From the sequence record MN342151.1: a stretch of DNA of 64,000 nucleotides. The stretch is one strand, 5' to 3'. This document shows, piece by piece, positions 59,645 to 64,000 of the stretch; the stretch's first letter is position 1; every line of letters starts with the position of its first letter. The stretch comes from Escherichia phage vB_EcoM_3HA14. A program made the position numbers and the translations under genes. Below the pieces are notes generated by a model. That model made no database searches, was not told where the DNA came from, and was given only the letters and a program-made list of their open reading frames with translations.

Positions 59645-59861
59645 TTAAGATTACCTCTTGAATAATAGTACGATTACTCTTAAAAGTCTTCTTGAAATCT
59701 TCAACATTTGAGCGGCAAAATTCACTATTCAAGTAATTTGTATAGCTCTTGTTTTCATGTGAGAAGATTTCAGTAAATGGTACTACTTCATTGCGACCTA
59801 CATAAACGCCAGTTGCAATAATCTGACGAGTCTTTTTATTTCTGATTAACAGAATTTTCAT
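59637..59861 (-). CDS. hypothetical small protein (74 aa)
   Basis: ORF. Confidence 0.4.
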   Translation of the reverse strand: MKILLIRNKKTRQIIATGVYVGRNEVVPFTEIFSHENKSYTNYLNSEFCRSNVEDFKKTFKSNRTIIQEVILNG

Positions 59862-60165
59862 ACATCACCTTTTCAGTTATCTCAAACAGGTCAACATGTT
59901 CGATGCTTTCAATATGGATACCAACTTTTGCATAGCGTTCTTTAACATTCTCTGCATTAAGCCATATCAGACACCAATGATTCTCTATGGATTCTTCAAG
60001 CTTGTCAACACAATCTTTAAAAGATTTCATATCTCCACGAGTGCCAATGAATGCAACAACCCCATAGAGAAATTCTTTACCACTGTGACAGACTTGTGCT
60101 GTACCAATTTCCTTTTCACCGTCTGAGAAGACGGCTACATAATTCTTACCATCTAGTTGCATCAC
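59836..60165 (-). CDS. hypothetical protein (109 aa)
   Basis: ORF. Confidence 0.4.
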   Translation of the reverse strand: MMQLDGKNYVAVFSDGEKEIGTAQVCHSGKEFLYGVVAFIGTRGDMKSFKDCVDKLEESIENHWCLIWLNAENVKERYAKVGIHIESIEHVDLFEITEKVMYENSVNQK

Positions 60166-60171
60166 TAACCC

Positions 60172-60441
60172 TCACTTCCTCGTTTTAAGGACTGCATAGA
60201 TTTCTTTAGAATCTTCCCCGAACCATGTGTAGTGATTCTCGTTGATTTCAGGATGGTTGTCAACACGTATTTTGCAATCTCTTCCAACATGTTTAAGTTG
60301 TGCAGAAACACCCTGCATAAAGATGTGACAAGTTACATCATCCATAACCGTTGGCATAATGTCAAATCTCATGTAAGTGTTACTTGGTCTTGGTAACAGA
60401 AGATAACCTTCCACAAAAAATGTTTCATTCTTCTCTGTCAT
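60172..60441 (-). CDS. hypothetical protein (89 aa)
   Basis: ORF. Confidence 0.4.
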   Translation of the reverse strand: MTEKNETFFVEGYLLLPRPSNTYMRFDIMPTVMDDVTCHIFMQGVSAQLKHVGRDCKIRVDNHPEINENHYTWFGEDSKEIYAVLKTRK

Positions 60442-60707
60442 TACTGCTTATTCCCTAACAAAATCATATCAATTAAATTGTTTGCCTTAATAGTACATTC
60501 ATAGTAACCATCACGATAAAACTCAAGAGCACTTGCAAGGTCTTCACCTTTAGTACCTTTAACCTCATACCGTGCTTCTTCTTGAGTGTACTTGTCACTC
60601 TCACTTACTTGGGAGTTTTTGAAGGTACTGTTCACTTTGTTCGTTGAACACCCTGACATAAGGCTCAGTAGCACAATCATTAATAAAGACTGTCTTAGTT
60701 TTTTCAT
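60441..60707 (-). CDS. lipoprotein (88 aa), o-spanin-like candidate
   Basis: Signal sequence with lipobox LMSGC; its start lies inside the 3' end of the upstream membrane-protein gene in another frame. Confidence 0.4.
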   Translation of the reverse strand: MKKLRQSLLMIVLLSLMSGCSTNKVNSTFKNSQVSESDKYTQEEARYEVKGTKGEDLASALEFYRDGYYECTIKANNLIDMILLGNKQ

Positions 60708-60948
60708 AGTTCAATACCTCTTTGGTGTGTTTGTTTTTAGCAAGCACATCTTTCAAATCATTTTTGTAATTGGAGCTAAGATTTGATAAACCCTCTTGAT
60801 AAGCATCTTTAGCAACACTCACAAGTCTCTGGTTAGTTAACTCCTTTTCATTAACTTGGCTGGTCTTGTAAGTGTAACCTCCCCAAGCACCAACACCTGT
60901 TAAGAAAATGATTACAAAAGCTGCTTGACAAAATTCTTTAAACGTCAT
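60601..60948 (-). CDS. N-terminally anchored membrane protein (115 aa), i-spanin-like candidate
   Basis: N-terminal TM-like FVIIFLTGVGAWGG followed by charged coiled-coil-like region; overlaps the lipoprotein gene by about 107 nt. Confidence 0.4.
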   Translation of the reverse strand: MTFKEFCQAAFVIIFLTGVGAWGGYTYKTSQVNEKELTNQRLVSVAKDAYQEGLSNLSSNYKNDLKDVLAKNKHTKEVLNYEKTKTVFINDCATEPYVRVFNEQSEQYLQKLPSK

Positions 60949-60964
60949 TTAACTTCTCCTAGAA

Positions 60965-60990
60965 ATGAAAAAGGCTCCCGAAGGAGCCTC
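60965..60990 (-). terminator. rho-independent terminator
   Basis: On - strand: GAGGCTCC-TTCG-GGAGCC followed by TTTTTCATTT. Confidence 0.55.
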
Positions 60991-61000
60991 TATAATAACT

Positions 61001-61465
61001 TTAACCAAGAACTTTCGCAAGGACATTTGCTGCCATTGTTGAGGCTTTTGAAGCAGCAGCTACGCCAGCCTTAATGGTATTGTCCTTAATCGCAGAAACC
61101 GTTGCAGTATCTGTGAAGAGGTAAGTGGTAGTCTGAGAACCACTTGTAAAGGAAAGCATAAGAGCAGTTTCCAGATTGAAAGAACGGTAAGGAGCACCGG
61201 ATTGTACAATCCCTTTTGCACCTAACTCTGAAGCCATACCCATATCATAGATAGTCATCAGATTTTCTTTATGAGCAGTAGTTGAACCAACACCCTTAAC
61301 GTGTTTTGTGACATTCAACATTGCACGATACTCACGAATGTTACCATCAGCTTTCACGTTTACTGCACGAAAGATTTTACCATCGAAATTACTTTTGATA
61401 ATCTCACGAACTACCTGTGATTTGTTACCGGAAGCATCGATAGCTACTGTAATAATGTTTTGCAT
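61001..61465 (-). CDS. hypothetical protein (154 aa)
   Basis: ORF followed by terminator. Confidence 0.45.
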   Translation of the reverse strand: MQNIITVAIDASGNKSQVVREIIKSNFDGKIFRAVNVKADGNIREYRAMLNVTKHVKGVGSTTAHKENLMTIYDMGMASELGAKGIVQSGAPYRSFNLETALMLSFTSGSQTTTYLFTDTATVSAIKDNTIKAGVAAASKASTMAANVLAKVLG

Positions 61466-61476
61466 GGTTTACTCTC

Positions 61477-62172
61477 TCAGTTTTTAACAAGCATTGTTTT
61501 GATGTGTGGTAAGATTCTTTCAACCTTCTCCACGTTCTTCACTGTATCTTCTATAAAGCATACTACATCATAGTAAGGTAGAATGCAAGACTGAAGCATA
61601 CGAACTTTCAAACTTTCTGCACTAATCTCATTGTCACCAAATCCACGCATAAACAGTAGGAAATCACTGTCTACATTCTCATTCAGGAAAAGATGTGTGA
61701 CAACTCTTTGTGATTCACCACGAGCGGTTAAGAATCCTATATCAGCATTTCTTGATATACCACACAGAATGTTAAAAACATATGTTGGTTTAGCTCTGCA
61801 AGATTCTACCAAATCAGTATACTGTGAGTAAGTACCATCAGTTAGCAGAGTTGCATTAAGCTCCTTATTAAAGCTTGTAAGAACACCGTCAATGTCTGCT
61901 AAGACCATTTTACGTTTTTCTTCCAAGTTCTTTGCAACCAAGATAAGGCTGTTACGACCAACATATACAGTTTTACCTGTTAGCAAATCCTGACAAGGAA
62001 TCTGTGTCTTTGTTGAGTGGAAGTCTTCAAAGCTACACACAACATATCTTGCTGTATCTGCAAAGTCAGCTTTAGCAATATCTGACCAACTTGCAGAACT
62101 GATATCTAAATCAAGTGGCTTAATATCATAAGCATGACACAGAACCATATCAAATTGTTTTGATTCGCTCAT
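61477..62172 (-). CDS. HAD-family phosphatase-like protein (231 aa), possible 5'-nucleotidase
   Basis: Motif I-like VLADIDGVL (hhhDxDGxL) at residue about 100; later FIEDT resembles motif IV. Confidence 0.4.
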   Translation of the reverse strand: MSESKQFDMVLCHAYDIKPLDLDISSASWSDIAKADFADTARYVVCSFEDFHSTKTQIPCQDLLTGKTVYVGRNSLILVAKNLEEKRKMVLADIDGVLTSFNKELNATLLTDGTYSQYTDLVESCRAKPTYVFNILCGISRNADIGFLTARGESQRVVTHLFLNENVDSDFLLFMRGFGDNEISAESLKVRMLQSCILPYYDVVCFIEDTVKNVEKVERILPHIKTMLVKN

Positions 62173-62722
62173 ATTTTACCTTTTTAATGTTTGTTGCAAA
62201 CTCACATTGAGCCAGCAGTTTCATGTTATTGTACACATCTTGAGAGTATTGTCTAGCCTTTGGAATCTTGTATTTGTAACCAGCATTATAAGAAGCTAGG
62301 ACACGCTTCATAGGGTACTTTCCATCTGGGTTACCATGAACCTTAGTCCAGAATAATAGCTCCTTATGAGCCTCTTTCGCTGAGTAATGGAAGTCACTTA
62401 CTAGCTTCTTCTTAGCAACCTTTGGAGATACCTTGTTACGCTTTACAACAGTCTTCAAGTGATTCTGGAAAACACCATAATCATGAGTCTTTTTATTTTC
62501 TAACATGACACCTAATTGTGACTCTTGTAAGGCTATAGCTGCTAAAGGGATTCCCCAACCTTTTCCCATCTGCCCTTCGCCATAGTTATATGCTTTTAAC
62601 ATATTAACTTTCTGGCTGATTGTAAGCTCTGGACAGTCAGATGCTGTAGCTAAATGTGCTGTAAAGAATAAGCACAAACCTAAAACAAATTTCTTCATTT
62701 GCACTCCTATTTTGTTAAACAT
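62150..62722 (-). CDS. secreted lytic transglycosylase-like protein (190 aa)
   Basis: N-terminal signal peptide (MKKFVLGLCLFFTAHLATA); AIALQESQLG resembles the SLT-domain catalytic Glu-Ser motif. Confidence 0.5.
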   Translation of the reverse strand: MFNKIGVQMKKFVLGLCLFFTAHLATASDCPELTISQKVNMLKAYNYGEGQMGKGWGIPLAAIALQESQLGVMLENKKTHDYGVFQNHLKTVVKRNKVSPKVAKKKLVSDFHYSAKEAHKELLFWTKVHGNPDGKYPMKRVLASYNAGYKYKIPKARQYSQDVYNNMKLLAQCEFATNIKKVKYERIKTI

Positions 62723-62754
62723 GCAGACAATTATACACTAACCTGCACATTTTT

Positions 62755-62785
62755 CAAATAAAAAAGGCTGCCGAAGCAGCCCCTT
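62755..62785 (-). terminator. rho-independent terminator
   Basis: On - strand: GGGGCTGC-TTCG-GCAGCC followed by TTTTTTATTT. Confidence 0.55.
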
Positions 62786-62799
62786 TAGGAATTTACTTA

Positions 62800-63921
62800 T
62801 TAAACTTCACGTTTACGCTGAGAAATCAGTTCACCAGCAGTACCTACAACTACGTGGAGTGCTTCTGAACCATCCCACTCTTTGATGACTTCGCGACGAC
62901 TATTTACAATCGCTGCAACTTCATAGCGGGAAGCTCGCATTTTCATGTCGTTGTAGTCAGTTGGTACTGAAACAACATCACGAGGATGAACACGAACTTT
63001 CAGGATAGTGTCACCAGAGAAGCTAGTTACATAATCCCAAGCACCAACGTGCAGACCCTGAGAGCAGGTTACATGACGATTATTATCAACCATCCAACGT
63101 GGCATCTCTACAATGTTACCCAAATCATTTGGAACTTTGCAGGTACGAGAGTCAAACAGTTTACCACTACGAGTTGTGACTTTCTTCCAGCCGATGATAT
63201 AACCTTCTTCATCAATTTCAACATCAAGGTGTGATACGAAGCCCCAAAGTTGTTCTACAGAGTCTTTTGATGGGTTTTCCATCAGTTTTTCGAAGAATGC
63301 AATCAGTCGAACAAAACCATTATCACCTTTCTTCATCATATCCAGAATACGGTCTACCAGAGTTGAGCGCATCTGAACAGCACCGTAATACAGGTTGTCA
63401 CCTTTGATGGTTACAGCACCTTGAGTGAAGTTCTCAATAGACTTGCGAATGTTCATCAGTTCAAAAGCTTTCTTGTACTCACCTGAAACAACAGCCATTA
63501 CAATATCAGTGTAGTTAGGATGAGTTGACTCAACAATCTCAGACTCTGCACCGAAAGTCATGATAACAGAATCACCAGTAATCATGTATTCAATCTGGCT
63601 GTTATTCTGCATTGCTTCATGCAGAGCATTCACAGGTTCTGCTTTGACTGCTTCTTTAACAGCTTTTGCAACAGGTTTCTGCTTAGATACTTTCTTGGTT
63701 GCTTTAGCTTTCTTAGCACTCTTTGCAATATCTTTCAGAGTCTTTGCAGGTTTTGCTTTGGTTTTCCCTGACAGCAGCGTTGCTTCATGACGCTCTACAG
63801 CACGACCTACCGAACGGGTTGAAGTGTTATACTTCAGAGCAATTGCAGTTTTGGTAAGTTTACCTTCTTTAACCAGTGCATAGATTTCTGCGTCGATTTG
63901 TGCTTTAGTCTTAGTAGTCAT
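62800..63921 (-). CDS. DNA-binding-like protein: N-terminal HTH-like segment, Lys/Ala-rich linker, about 270-aa C-terminal domain (373 aa)
   Basis: TKTAIALKYNTSTRSVGRAVER looks HTH-like; KAKPAKTLKDIAKSAKKAKATKKVSKQKPVAKAVKEAVKAEP is histone-H1-like low complexity; C-domain unassigned. Confidence 0.5.
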   Translation of the reverse strand: MTTKTKAQIDAEIYALVKEGKLTKTAIALKYNTSTRSVGRAVERHEATLLSGKTKAKPAKTLKDIAKSAKKAKATKKVSKQKPVAKAVKEAVKAEPVNALHEAMQNNSQIEYMITGDSVIMTFGAESEIVESTHPNYTDIVMAVVSGEYKKAFELMNIRKSIENFTQGAVTIKGDNLYYGAVQMRSTLVDRILDMMKKGDNGFVRLIAFFEKLMENPSKDSVEQLWGFVSHLDVEIDEEGYIIGWKKVTTRSGKLFDSRTCKVPNDLGNIVEMPRWMVDNNRHVTCSQGLHVGAWDYVTSFSGDTILKVRVHPRDVVSVPTDYNDMKMRASRYEVAAIVNSRREVIKEWDGSEALHVVVGTAGELISQRKREV

Positions 63922-64000
63922 TTCAATATCTCTCTTTGTTGTTTAAAATTACTTATTGGTTCGTATTCTAAGGGGCTTTTCAGCCCCTGTCAAACTATTT

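Overview
This 64 kb window looks like part of a large, AT-rich virulent tailed phage with a contractile-tail (myovirus-type) structural module; no integrase or transposase was seen. All calls are from manual reading of the sequence and ORF track; no searches or folding programs were run, so family names are motif-based and tRNA coordinates are approximate (about +/-3 nt). Layout: (1) 1-9.5 kb, + strand: 3' part of a family-A DNA polymerase (gene continues upstream of the window), small early genes, ATP-dependent DNA ligase, dihydrofolate reductase, thymidylate synthase. (2) 9.5-33.3 kb, - strand: late module (tail fibers with His-rich tips, baseplate, tape measure, chaperone pair with a likely -1 frameshift, tube, sheath, head completion, major capsid, protease/scaffold, portal, large terminase). 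(3) 33.5-38.6 kb, - strand: cluster of about 28 tRNA or tRNA-like genes whose anticodons appear to cover all 20 amino acids, with conserved spacer motifs and ORF-free gaps. (4) 38.7-40.6 kb, - strand: a vWA-domain protein directly upstream of the tRNA cluster, plus a small basic protein. (5) 41-49.3 kb, + strand: about 20 mostly unassigned genes including a T4-lysozyme-like endolysin and a tandem Ig-like domain protein. (6) 49.37-50.87 kb: ORF-free, repeat-dense region between convergent terminators. (7) 50.9-58.2 kb, - strand: about 18 small genes, most preceded by a near-identical 60-90 bp leader cassette. (8) 58.4-64 kb, - strand: direct-repeat array, macro-domain protein, spanin-like overlapping pair, HAD-like phosphatase, transglycosylase-like protein, Lys-rich DNA-binding protein. 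Most worth a second look: the leader-cassette gene island, the vWA protein next to non-canonical tRNA-like elements, three Leu-anticodon tRNAs with short variable arms, the 1.5 kb non-coding repeat region, and candidate counter-defence genes (macro domain, a possible Tad2-like small protein).
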